This document shows positions 1-9,394 of a stretch of DNA of 64,000 nt, piece after piece. A program made the translations under genes and the position numbers. Below the pieces are notes generated by a model. The model made no database searches and was not told the DNA's origin. It saw nothing but the letters and a program-made list of their open reading frames with translations. How positions within the stretch are numbered: position 1 is the first letter of the stretch; each line of letters starts with the position of its first letter. Origin of the DNA: an uncultured Nitrospiraceae bacterium (GTDB lineage: Bacteria > Nitrospirota > Nitrospiria > Nitrospirales > Nitrospiraceae); contig CAWJWJ010000002.1 in the NCBI GenBank assembly GCA_963846575.1, positions 2,752,001 to 2,816,000 on the forward strand. Direction: 5' to 3'.

Positions 1-725
1 GACAACAACGCCAACACCTGTTGAAGCGGCCAATTCGCGTGACCCAGAATGTACCGATGACCAATGCGTCCCTTGGTCGCAGCAAGCCAGTGTCCCGTCG
101 CGACATCCTCCACGGCGATCCAGTTCAGGACCGTGTTCAGAAACGCGGGAAGTCGCCCGTTCAGAAAATCCACGATCAGTTGACCGGTCGGGGTGGGCCG
201 ATGGTCGCCCGCACCGACGGGGGTCGAGGGATTGAGAATCGTGATCGGAGCACCCTGTCTCATGAACTCCCACACGGCCTGCTCCGCCAGAACTTTCGTC
301 CGTTGATAGGTGCTTCGGCAATCCGCGGGCGACACGAAGTCATCCTCTGTTCCAAGGCGGGACGCTGAACAGGCCACCGTCACGGTACTCGATGTGTACA
401 GGATGCGCGGAACTCCGGCATCCAAGGCCGCGCGCATGAGGGCCACGGTCCCCTCCACGTTCGCCTGCTGCATCGACGCGGGGTCCGGCACCCAGAATCG
501 GTAATCGGCCGCGACGTGAAACAGCACGTCGATGTTCTTGACCGCCGGTGCCAGCGACTGCGGGTCGCACAGGTCCCCGGGCATGTATTCCACCGGGAGA
601 TCTGCGATGGCGCGTCGGTCGCTGGTGTGCCTCACGAGCGCCCTGACAACGACACCCTGAGCGACGAGTTCACGCGCCAGGCGTCCCCCGACGAATCCCG
701 TTGCTCCGGTTACCAAAGCCCGCAT
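1..725 (-). CDS. NAD-dependent epimerase/dehydratase (HpnA / dihydroflavonol-4-reductase-like), 3' end runs off the window
   Basis: Not in the ORF track because there is no stop in the window. Manual translation from the ATG at 725 gives MRALVTGATGFVGGRLARELVAQG...FHVAADYRFWVPDP...ANVEGT...YTSS...YQRTK, containing the Rossmann GxxGxxG and YxxxK motifs. Confidence 0.88.
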   Translation of the reverse strand, partial: MRALVTGATGFVGGRLARELVAQGVVVRALVRHTSDRRAIADLPVEYMPGDLCDPQSLAPAVKNIDVLFHVAADYRFWVPDPASMQQANVEGTVALMRAALDAGVPRILYTSSTVTVACSASRLGTEDDFVSPADCRSTYQRTKVLAEQAVWEFMRQGAPITILNPSTPVGAGDHRPTPTGQLIVDFLNGRLPAFLNTVLNWIAVEDVATGHWLAATKGRIGHRYILGHANWPLQQVLALL

Positions 726-1316
726 CAATGGTGCCCCTGCTCAATAGACAGATCGGCCGCGCGAACGCCCCGATGGAAGGTCCGGGTTTCAGCCGGCAGT
801 GAGATACATCGCCCCAGCCCGGTGGTTCGACTACGTGCGCACTTCGAATGTCAGGTTATTGTGTGATTCGCGCGAAGGCGAGTTGCACGCGATAATGAGA
901 CAGTATCCATGCCTGACTGCTTCCTCGTGCGTGGCGTGACCCATTTCTCGGTCTCGCCCCTCTGAAGGACTTACGGATGAGTCAATCAAATCATGTTCAG
1001 CCTACCGCACCCTTCGGGGCATGTAAATAAGGAAATCTCGCTTCAGCTTTCGAAGGCGCCGGAATCGCCTGCGCCGCGATAGATCCGTTACCCATCCTCG
1101 GCCAGCACGTGCAGGCGCTAGTTGATCATGTGATTCCTGCAGTTGAGGTGAGGGTGGTGCGACGGACAGGGCCACCAACCGGAGCGGTACGGGAGAAGAG
1201 CGGAGTTGCATCTCTACAGAAGAGACGGCCGCCGGGCTATAAACCCGTGGGGAGCCTGTAGTAGATTTATGACGACTGACACTCACGCCATGCACTTCCA
1301 ACGAAAGGTCACCGGC

Positions 1317-1724
1317 ATGAACGGCTATATCACCCACATCGAAGACGCGACCATCAAGAACACTCTGTACCGGCAGGTTTTGTTTACGGCAAAAAACAGT
1401 CAGCTGGTGCTGATGAATCTGAGGCCGGGCGATGAAATCGGCGAGGAAGTGCATGAACTCGACCAGTTTCTTCGCTTCGAGGCGGGTGAGGGGAAAGTCG
1501 TACTGGATGGGCAGGACCACGCCGTCGGTGACGGAATCGCCGTCGTCATCCCGGCAGGGACGCGCCACAACGTGATCAACACGTCGAAGTCCGCCGATCT
1601 CAAACTCTACAGCCTCTACAGCCCACCGGAACACAAGGTCGGCACCGAGCATCGAACCAAAAAGGAAGCGGACGCCGACGCCCACCACCATTTTGACGGC
1701 CGGACATCGATGGACAGCAGGTAA
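1317..1724 (+). CDS. cupin domain protein
   Basis: MNGYITHIEDATIKNTLYRQVLFTAKNSQLVLM..GEEVH..DQFLRFEAG..IPAGTRHNVIN cupin motifs. Start trimmed to ATG 1317. Confidence 0.88.
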   Translation: MNGYITHIEDATIKNTLYRQVLFTAKNSQLVLMNLRPGDEIGEEVHELDQFLRFEAGEGKVVLDGQDHAVGDGIAVVIPAGTRHNVINTSKSADLKLYSLYSPPEHKVGTEHRTKKEADADAHHHFDGRTSMDSR

Positions 1725-1860
1725 ACAAAGCCCGTGGGAGACGTGAGGGAATGTACGTCTCTCTCACCTCTCCCCAGGCCGCATCATCACAGTTGAACCA
1801 AACCTCTGTGCCAAACTATGGAACGACTCATAGACGGCGCGTCCGCTTGAGCGGTGTTGG

Positions 1861-2727
1861 CTATGCCTCGCCTCCCTCTTTGAACAATTCCGTATCGACG
1901 AACTCTGCGCGAACCAGAGACCAGAAGTCGACGGCAATTCCTTTCAGAAGATAGGCATAAGGCAAATATCCATACCCCTCCTCCCCCCATCCCGTCCCCC
2001 ACGAATTCCTGATCAACAGCGCGCCCTTTTCCGAGCCGATTTTTTTCGAATCGTCGTAGCCGACCGCCACGACCGCATGCCCGCCCTCCAGCCTATCGCT
2101 CGGCCCTGGGAACGGAATGTCTCCGCTACCAGCGCCGATACCAGGCATGGAGCTATAAACGGAAAAGCCGAACATGCAGGGCAACTTGCCGGCGATGTTT
2201 TCCTTCACGTGCTGCAACACGGTGGCGGTTGCCATACCGGCCTGGTCCAATCGGAAATACTGCAGAGTCTTGTAACTTTGAGCAAAGGCATAACAGAAAT
2301 TCGGCGGTTCCTCATCGTACTTTGCCGTGTCGTAGCCCCAATATTTTTCCGGTGGGACACCGAATAACACCATAGCCTGCATGGTGGTCCGTAGATAGGC
2401 GCCTTGATCACCAGTCCAGCCGAGAAGATTCCGGGTGGCTTTGTAGAGAAAAATGCGCGAACCATCGAGATGTTTATTGAACGCGCGGCGTTGAAAATAT
2501 TCCAACAGCCCCACTCCGGCATTCGCGGTGCAGGATCCCAAGTGGCCCTGATCCTCGATCGGAGAACACCATTGGCGAAGATCCACCCTGGCAGGAGTCT
2601 TCTTCTTGGCTGCCTTCATTGCCTTGGATTTTTCCAACACCTCTCCTATGGCCGGCGTGTTCGGCCCATAATCGCGAAAATCCGGCAGGTCTCGCTCCCA
2701 ACCCATTGCGCCGAATCGCTGTCTCAT
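1861..2727 (-). CDS. papain-family (C1A) cysteine protease, no signal peptide
   Basis: VDLR..C.PIEDQGHLGSCTANA (catalytic Cys), GGHAVVAVGY (His) and IRNSWG (Asn). AGGAGG RBS lies upstream of ATG 2727. Confidence 0.92.
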   Translation of the reverse strand: MRQRFGAMGWERDLPDFRDYGPNTPAIGEVLEKSKAMKAAKKKTPARVDLRQWCSPIEDQGHLGSCTANAGVGLLEYFQRRAFNKHLDGSRIFLYKATRNLLGWTGDQGAYLRTTMQAMVLFGVPPEKYWGYDTAKYDEEPPNFCYAFAQSYKTLQYFRLDQAGMATATVLQHVKENIAGKLPCMFGFSVYSSMPGIGAGSGDIPFPGPSDRLEGGHAVVAVGYDDSKKIGSEKGALLIRNSWGTGWGEEGYGYLPYAYLLKGIAVDFWSLVRAEFVDTELFKEGGEA

Positions 2728-3291
2728 GGTCACCTCCTGTTGTCTTGTGAGCGTGGGTACAGGCCGCCGGCCGGGGGGCGTGCCGTCCGAATCGCGCCAA
2801 AGTCCCGGCCGTGACAGGCCACGATTCCTGTTATGACGATCAGTCGATTTCCATTCGCTCGGATATATGCACTCTCTGGCTCCGTCATCCACCATCTCCC
2901 ATCCAACACAACCCATCCTGCCTCCAACATTCGATGCCGGTGCTGCGGCAGGAGTGGTGACCAGCGGGGACGATGGATGCTATGGCAGGCTCAATCTCGC
3001 TTCATGGCTCCTCATCGTGACCTCAACAACCAGGCGACCAGTCCGAGGGTTTTCCTCCTGAGGAACCATCGCCGCCACACGATCACTCAAGGATTCGCGC
3101 AGTGCAGCTTCGGTTCGCAAAACTTGCGCCAGGTTCAAGCCCGAGGGAGGTGTCGTGAAGTCACGGTGAGAATAGGCGACCCTCGAACTGAGAGGAAGCG
3201 ATCGCAATATCTGCGTATCTATTCCGATACGAGAAGGTATCCTTTCGGATATTGCCCGGAATGAGGGCTCGCATCGCGAGCTAACCCCTGA

Positions 3292-4176
3292 TCACAAACG
3301 GTTGCTTTCATCCTCGGTCAACCGTCGCTCGATGAGCCAATAGGTGATACCCAGCGCGAGCACCACCGCGCCGGTCGCCAGAACCAGCGGCGGAGACACC
3401 TCCTTGAAATCGAACACGATGACTTTTCGAGCGATGGCCATGAGCGCCGTCGCCACCACCAGTTTGACGTGGATCACGTCCTTGCGAATGTAGAGCGTAA
3501 TGTTCAGGAAGATTTCGATCGCGATCAACACCGCCAGGAACGCCCCGAAGGTGGCCACGATGTCCCGGACGGCCAAATCCTCCACCGAGGGCAGAATGAG
3601 CCTCTGATAGATCACCATCACCACATCGGCCACGCCCCAGAAAATGGTGAAGACCATTAAGACCGCGATCACTCGCAACGCCCCTCGAATCGCATGATGG
3701 AGGTAAGTGATGAAGGGGTCTTCGTGTTCCAGGGAGAGTTCCTCGTGACCGATGGCTTTCGACCGTTGCTTCCGGAAATGCCCCAGCAGTAACTCCACAA
3801 CTGCAGCATGGTCGGCCAGATAGGACGAATTAAAATTTTTCTCGAAAAAGTTGTTCAGGCCCTCCACGTTCCGGAAGTCTTCTCCAGCCAGACGCTTGAA
3901 TCCCATGCTCCAATCCGAATACTCGCGCCGGTCGATCGGTTTTCGCTGGAGCAGCCTCACATCGGTGTGCCGGGGATCCCGCTTGATCGTCTCCAGCAGG
4001 ACATTGACGGTCTTCTCCTCTCCTTCGAGAATCTGGACGAAGGTTTGATTGCCATAGAGCAGCATGCCAGTGATGCCCAGTCTGGCATTGTTGTCCCGGC
4101 ATTCCTGCAACAGGCTTTGCAGTTCTTCCGTCGACATGTTCTTCGCGGTCGAACTGATATAGGAGGCCTGGATCAT
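3292..4176 (-). CDS. BLUF blue-light sensor domain fused to PsiE-family membrane domain
   Basis: N-terminal YIS..NNARLGITGMLL..FVQILEG..DPRH..WSMGF is BLUF. The C-terminal ~4 TM helices with LIAIEIF..ATALMAIARKVIVFD are PsiE-like. Confidence 0.9.
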   Translation of the reverse strand: MIQASYISSTAKNMSTEELQSLLQECRDNNARLGITGMLLYGNQTFVQILEGEEKTVNVLLETIKRDPRHTDVRLLQRKPIDRREYSDWSMGFKRLAGEDFRNVEGLNNFFEKNFNSSYLADHAAVVELLLGHFRKQRSKAIGHEELSLEHEDPFITYLHHAIRGALRVIAVLMVFTIFWGVADVVMVIYQRLILPSVEDLAVRDIVATFGAFLAVLIAIEIFLNITLYIRKDVIHVKLVVATALMAIARKVIVFDFKEVSPPLVLATGAVVLALGITYWLIERRLTEDESNRL

Positions 4177-4527
4177 GACAATCTTCCTTTCCTCCGAGAG
4201 TGCTCGATGACGGATGGCCGCACATCGCAGAGGCTCAGGCTAAGCAGTCCACGGTACGCTGTCAAGCCGACGACAGGCCCCAACCCCGGTGTTCGCGCGG
4301 CCCCGTTCGACCTCGGGAGACACGAGTTCTATCAGGCCTGACAGCCCCGCCGTCCACCGCCCTCCGGCTTGACAACCTTCCTGATCTCGAGGATATTTCG
4401 GGCGGGAGTCACGTCGAGATGACACCGCCACGGCAACAGCATGTGACCTGCCGGCTCCGCCCCTCCGGAGCGTCGTCAGGAGGTCCATCCCATCCCTCCG
4501 GGGAACCGCCTTCTCAGAACAGCAGCG

Positions 4528-4776
4528 ATGAACGGAGAACGGTACAGGCCCGGCCATGGGGGGTACGCGACCGGCGTCATGGCCAGGCGAACGCTCGCAT
4601 CGCACGGCGGTTTCTTCGAGCCCTATCTCGAGAGGGGCGGATCCCTGCTGGATTGTGGGTGCGGTCCCGGATCCATCACGCTCGGAATCGTTGCCCGCAC
4701 CGCCCCGGGCACTGTGAGGCCGTCCACGAGCCACTCCGGTGGATCGATCCGTGAGGCATGGAGGAACCTGTCATGA
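4528..4776 (+). pseudogene. truncated class I SAM-dependent methyltransferase fragment
   Basis: MNGERYRPGH..RRTLASHGGFFEPYLERGGSLLDCGCGPGSITLGIVARTAPG matches the N-terminus and motif I of UbiE-like methyltransferases. Similarity then stops and the ORF ends at 82 aa. Confidence 0.65.
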
Positions 4777-5729
4777 ACACACCCCGGCACCCGGCCGCAA
4801 GAGAAGCCAGAACCCTCGTCGGCACCCTGTCCGGAAAGCCCCTGACCCTCCCCGACGTCAATACCCCGCCCATGCCCGCCCTGGCGCCTCCCGGCATCAT
4901 CCACAACGGGCGGAAATCGGAGACCTTCGGCGGAATCGACTCATCCAGAGGGTATCCCGACGTGAACAGTTTCAGGAGGAAGTTCGGCCTGATTATTCCT
5001 GCGACCAATACCAGCATGGAGCACGACCTCTGGAGCATCATCTTCAGAAACCAGGGACCAGGCGGGCTCCGGGGCATCGGTCTTCATACCGCGACGGTCA
5101 TCACCCCGAAGCCCAAGCTGGAAACCGACGCCGACCTGATGGCCTACAAGGCGCAGTTTTTAGGCGGACTGAAGGCGGCCGTGGATGCCGCGGCGCTGGC
5201 GGAGCCGCAGTACATGATCATGGGTATGAGCTTGGAACACATCATCGGGGGGATCGAAGCGCTTCGGAAGCCCGTGACGGACATCGAGGCCTATTCGGGC
5301 CTGTCGTGGGCCACCTGGCATGACGCCATCCATGCGGCGCTGGGAAAGTACGGCGCGAAGCGGATCGGAATCCTGACGCCCTTCGACACAACAGGCAACG
5401 AGTTCGCGACGCGGATGTTCGGAGATCTGGGGTTCGAGGTGGTCTCCAGTGTGGGCTTTTCCTGCGCGAACGCGCTGCATATCGCCCATGTGCCGGACTG
5501 GGCCAAGGAGAAGGCCATCCTTGAGTTGTTGGCGACTAGCGACAACCGCCTGGATGCGGTCGTGCAGTGTGGCACGAACATGAGCGTGATGGACGTGACG
5601 GAAAAACTGGAGCCCGTCATCGGCATTCCGATCCTGGGAATCAATCCCGTGACCTTTTGGTACGCGCTCCGGGAAAACGGGTTCGCCGGGGCGCTGGCAG
5701 GGGCCGGGAGATTGCTGCGGGAGTTCTGA
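4773..5729 (+). CDS. maleate isomerase / arylmalonate decarboxylase (Asp/Glu racemase superfamily) protein
   Basis: KFGLIIPATNTSMEHDL..MIMGMS..GAKRIGILTPF..VVQCGTNM..LEPVIGIPILGIN pattern. Start is 4758 or 4773. Confidence 0.82.
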   Translation: MNTPRHPAAREARTLVGTLSGKPLTLPDVNTPPMPALAPPGIIHNGRKSETFGGIDSSRGYPDVNSFRRKFGLIIPATNTSMEHDLWSIIFRNQGPGGLRGIGLHTATVITPKPKLETDADLMAYKAQFLGGLKAAVDAAALAEPQYMIMGMSLEHIIGGIEALRKPVTDIEAYSGLSWATWHDAIHAALGKYGAKRIGILTPFDTTGNEFATRMFGDLGFEVVSSVGFSCANALHIAHVPDWAKEKAILELLATSDNRLDAVVQCGTNMSVMDVTEKLEPVIGIPILGINPVTFWYALRENGFAGALAGAGRLLREF

Positions 5730-5760
5730 CCTCCCTTCGAATCGCCACGCACCCTCGGCA

Positions 5761-5791
5761 GGGATGACCGCGTTCGGGATGGGGTCATCCC
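5761..5791. terminator. hairpin between convergent genes (possible bidirectional terminator)
   Basis: GGGATGACC (5761-5769) pairs with GGTCATCCC (5783-5791), a 9-bp perfect stem. No U-tract. Confidence 0.35.
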
Positions 5792-6258
5792 ACCCGCACC
5801 CTCGCGGCCATCGACGCGACCCGCTCGACGTCGAAACTCAAGGCGATGTCGATCGACCCCAGCATCGCCATCGAAACCCAACCGGCTTCTAACGCATCAT
5901 CGGCCGCTTCCGGCACACCCGACAGCCAGTCGCACAGCACGGCGACCAGCACGTAATGCATCAGCACCCGTCCGTCTTGGTCGCGATCGAACGCGTCCAC
6001 CGCCGTGAAGACCTGGAGGGGACGGGCCACGACCCCGGTTTCTTCCAGCACTTCCCGGACCGCGGCAGCCTGGATTGGTTCGCCCGATTCAATCTTGCCC
6101 CCGGGAAAGCCCCACTTGCCGGCATCGGGAGGGTTCGCCCGGCGCACGAGCAAGACCTCGCCGTCGCGGAAGACCACTCCGATCACCGCCGCGATCGGCT
6201 TCACCGGAAGGGGCTGGTCCGCTCGGCTCAGCTTGCTTGTCCCGCCACGATCGCCCAT
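5785..6258 (-). CDS. NUDIX hydrolase
   Basis: Nudix box GGKIESGEPIQAAAVREVLEETG. Confidence 0.92.
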   Translation of the reverse strand: MGDRGGTSKLSRADQPLPVKPIAAVIGVVFRDGEVLLVRRANPPDAGKWGFPGGKIESGEPIQAAAVREVLEETGVVARPLQVFTAVDAFDRDQDGRVLMHYVLVAVLCDWLSGVPEAADDALEAGWVSMAMLGSIDIALSFDVERVASMAARVRVG

Positions 6259-6299
6259 GCGACCATCTTACACGACCCCGCGCGGTGAAACCCGCCGGC

Positions 6300-7562
6300 T
6301 CAGTCCTCCAACTCGCTCAGACGCCGGCTGAGGAACCTCCGCTCCGGTTCCTGTTGGGTCAGCGCCAGCGCCCGTTCGTAGGACGCGCGGGCCTCGGCCG
6401 TCCGCTTCAGCCTCCGGCAGAGGTCCGCCCGTGCCGCGTGCGCCAGGTGATACTGCGTCAAGGCGCCCCGCGCGAGGATGGCGTCAATGAGAGTCAGCCC
6501 CGCCTCCGGCCCGTCGCGCATGGACAGGGCGGCGGCACGATTGAGTTCGATCACGGGGGAGGGATTGATACGCAGGAGCAGATCATAGAGGGCCACGATC
6601 TGGACCCAGTCGGTCGCGCCCGCGTTCGGCGCCTGGGCATGCACGGCCGCGATCGCCGCCTGGATGCCGTAGGGGCCGACCTCCCTCCCCGCGAGGCCCC
6701 GTTCCACGAGTGACAAGCCCTCGGCAATCTGGGCGTGATTCCAGAGCGAGCGGTCTTGATTCTCCAGCAGGATCAGATCGCCGGTCGGCGAGGTGCGCGC
6801 CGCGCGCCGCGAGTCTTGCAACAACATCATGGCCAAGAGCCCCACGGCCTCGGGCTCGGACAACAATCCGGTGAGCAGCCGCCCCAAACGAATCGCCTCC
6901 CCGGAGAGCTCGTGACGCGTGAGCGAGTCCCCGGATGAGGCGGAGTACCCTTCGTTGAACACGAGATACACGACCCGGAGCACGGCCTCCAGCCGATCCG
7001 GCAGATCGACCTGCGACGGGACCAGATAGGGAATGCGTGCCTCGCGAATCTTCGCCTTGGCACGCACGATCCGCTGCGCGATGGTGGAAGGTTTCGTGAG
7101 GAAGGCGCGCGCGATTTGATCCGTCGTCAGCCCGCAGACCTCGCGTAGCGTCATGGCGACTTGGGCGTCGGCCTGCAACGCCGGATGGCAGCAGGTGAAG
7201 ATCAGCCGCAGCCGGTCATCGTCCACGCTTTCGTCGTCCCGCTCCTCGGCGTCCCGGTCCATGCTGCCCGGGGATTCCAGCCGACGGGCAAGTTCGGTCA
7301 AGGAGGCATCGGACCGGGCCCGCCGGCGCATGCCGTCGATGACCTTGAAGCGGCCGGCCGAGACCAGCCATGCCCGAGGATTCGCCGGCACGCCATCCCG
7401 GGCCCATTGCTCCACCGCGGCGGCGAACGCCTCGTGCAACCCCTCCTCGGCAGCATCGAAGTCGCCCAGGAGACGGATCAAGGTCGCCAGGACCTGGCGC
7501 GAGTCCGAGCGGTAGACGCGGTCGACCAGCTCGCGTATGCCTGGGGTCGGCTCCTCACTCAT
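6300..7562 (-). CDS. ECF RNA polymerase sigma factor with C-terminal TPR-like extension (ECF42-like)
   Basis: LATLIRLLGDFDAAEE..AWL..DDRLRLIFTCCHPAL..LTLREVCGLTT..YLVFNEGY. The ORF-track N-terminal extension overlaps the next gene, so the start was moved to ATG 7562. Confidence 0.9.
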   Translation of the reverse strand: MSEEPTPGIRELVDRVYRSDSRQVLATLIRLLGDFDAAEEGLHEAFAAAVEQWARDGVPANPRAWLVSAGRFKVIDGMRRRARSDASLTELARRLESPGSMDRDAEERDDESVDDDRLRLIFTCCHPALQADAQVAMTLREVCGLTTDQIARAFLTKPSTIAQRIVRAKAKIREARIPYLVPSQVDLPDRLEAVLRVVYLVFNEGYSASSGDSLTRHELSGEAIRLGRLLTGLLSEPEAVGLLAMMLLQDSRRAARTSPTGDLILLENQDRSLWNHAQIAEGLSLVERGLAGREVGPYGIQAAIAAVHAQAPNAGATDWVQIVALYDLLLRINPSPVIELNRAAALSMRDGPEAGLTLIDAILARGALTQYHLAHAARADLCRRLKRTAEARASYERALALTQQEPERRFLSRRLSELED

Positions 7563-7666
7563 CGACGGCACAGCCTCCTGGCACATCCACTGGAAGAGAT
7601 CAGGTTTGCGGGTGCATGGCTCGGCGGACTCAGACTGTGAAGCCGCGCGAACGGGATCGGATACGA

Positions 7667-8854
7667 TTACTTGGCGATTGCGATGCCGGGCACGGGAGCC
7701 GTAACCGGTTTTTTCGTCATCTGATAGAGCTGATACAACATATTGAACGCCTTGAGGTTCCAGTTCGCGCCTTCGCCTCTGGCGAACGGCATTTCCTCGA
7801 CCGAATACACATGGTCGTGGTACTTGACGGAGATGGCGGCATCCGGCGGCACCGTCCCGGTCTCCCGGATTTGAAGCGTCTGGGCGGGATTGACCTCGAC
7901 GGGGCCCGTTCGAGGATCCTGGGCCACCGCATATTCGGGGCGGTCGCTGATACCTCGGGCCAGAAACTGCAGGATGGAATTGAAGCTGCGCAGGCTGATG
8001 CGGCCTTGAAACGAAAAGGCTCCGCCCGGATGGTCCGGCCGGATATCCACGAGTATCTCGTTGGGAGGCCAATCCAAGAGGTTCTTGACCAACTCGTTTC
8101 GCCCGTCCGGCCGCCGCGATGCATCGTAGTTCGACAGCAGCAGACGCGACTTACTGAGCGCATACCGATGGTCCCCTGTCTTGTACCAACGATGCCCGGT
8201 CTCCAAGGCTTGCAGGACGTCCTCCGGCGTCGGGCCCCGCTCCATGACCCCTTCCCAGAGCTTCTCGACCATCACGGGCTCGATGAAGAGCTGGTGATGG
8301 CGTTGCAGAGCGCTGAGATGGAGACAGCGCCGCCGGTATTCCTCGTATTCGGCGGGATTACCTGGTTCATTCTCCAGCAACGTCAGTCCGGCCTCGGTTT
8401 CCGACCGCATGGCGGCGCCCATCATCCGGAGCGCCATGCCCAGATCGCTCCCCAGCTCAAGAATCGACAAGAATCGCTCTTCCTCGAGGGGCGTCAAGAG
8501 GCGCTGTTCGAACTCCGCTCCGTCCATGGGGACGATGGTGATGGTGGGATTTTCCGCCACGGTGGTGCTGAAGATGGGAGCGACGAGTCCCCGCGCGTCG
8601 CCTTCAGGCGGACGGATACCGGCCGTCATGCGGAAATCGAACGTGGCGGCGACGCTGGAAACCGTGGTGAAATGCACGGGACGGTTATAGCGGGCGCGCA
8701 CGATGTTCAGGAGCAACTGCTCGCTGCTCACCTGCGTGACGGTCTCGTCGTAGGAGAGCACGGCCTGATGCAGGGCAATCGGCGAGAGGCACCCCGCGAC
8801 GAAGGGCCACCCGAATAAGGAAGAAGCGAGCAGGATGCGGACGGCAACGTTCAT
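7667..8854 (-). CDS. conserved hypothetical lipoprotein
   Basis: 395-aa ORF with a signal peptide and lipobox (VAGC), and motif QLLLNIVRARYNRP. Confidence 0.75.
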   Translation of the reverse strand: MNVAVRILLASSLFGWPFVAGCLSPIALHQAVLSYDETVTQVSSEQLLLNIVRARYNRPVHFTTVSSVAATFDFRMTAGIRPPEGDARGLVAPIFSTTVAENPTITIVPMDGAEFEQRLLTPLEEERFLSILELGSDLGMALRMMGAAMRSETEAGLTLLENEPGNPAEYEEYRRRCLHLSALQRHHQLFIEPVMVEKLWEGVMERGPTPEDVLQALETGHRWYKTGDHRYALSKSRLLLSNYDASRRPDGRNELVKNLLDWPPNEILVDIRPDHPGGAFSFQGRISLRSFNSILQFLARGISDRPEYAVAQDPRTGPVEVNPAQTLQIRETGTVPPDAAISVKYHDHVYSVEEMPFARGEGANWNLKAFNMLYQLYQMTKKPVTAPVPGIAIAK

Positions 8855-9394
8855 TGTAGCTCTGGTCGACCACGTTCAGCAGGGGCGCGCGCATTATAGA
8901 ACAGGTCGAGGCTGTGCGGTAGTAGGATTACGGCGCCAGGCCCGCCGCGGCGACAGTGAGGCACAGCCCGCCACCTCCCGCGCGGCGTCGGGCTCCGGAG
9001 CTCGCGTCCCGGGCGCGCAGCGCATGACGGCGAGACTCCCGCGCAAGAGCCTCCCCGGCACGCAACGGTTCGTCAGTATTCAAAGAGGACGTCGAGCAAG
9101 GCCGGCGTCATCCCCACTCCGATGTGCTGAGGCGCAGTCTTCATCGAACCGACGCTTTTGTCGTAGGCCTGCCAGTAAACCTTTTCGCTGTCCCATATGG
9201 CGACGCAACTACAGTTGTGCCGGCTCTCCGCCCGGAGACTCTTGTGGAATTTTCCACTGATGAAGACGGGTTGGTGGATAATATTGGCCCTCACCTTTTC
9301 CACCAGTCCACGAACTCACCTTGTTTGTCCCTGGGAACAGAAAAGACGTTGATCAGCGTCACGCTCATCCGGCACCTCCCTCGGTTCGGGACGT

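Noticed and set aside
7563..8072. N-terminal extension of the ECF sigma ORF (590 aa)
   Set aside because: It overlaps the lipoprotein gene in another frame. Sigma homology begins near ATG 7562.
9073..9303. 76-aa minus-strand ORF downstream of the dienelactone hydrolase
   Set aside because: It has no recognisable motif and weak start evidence. It may be real, but I cannot support it.
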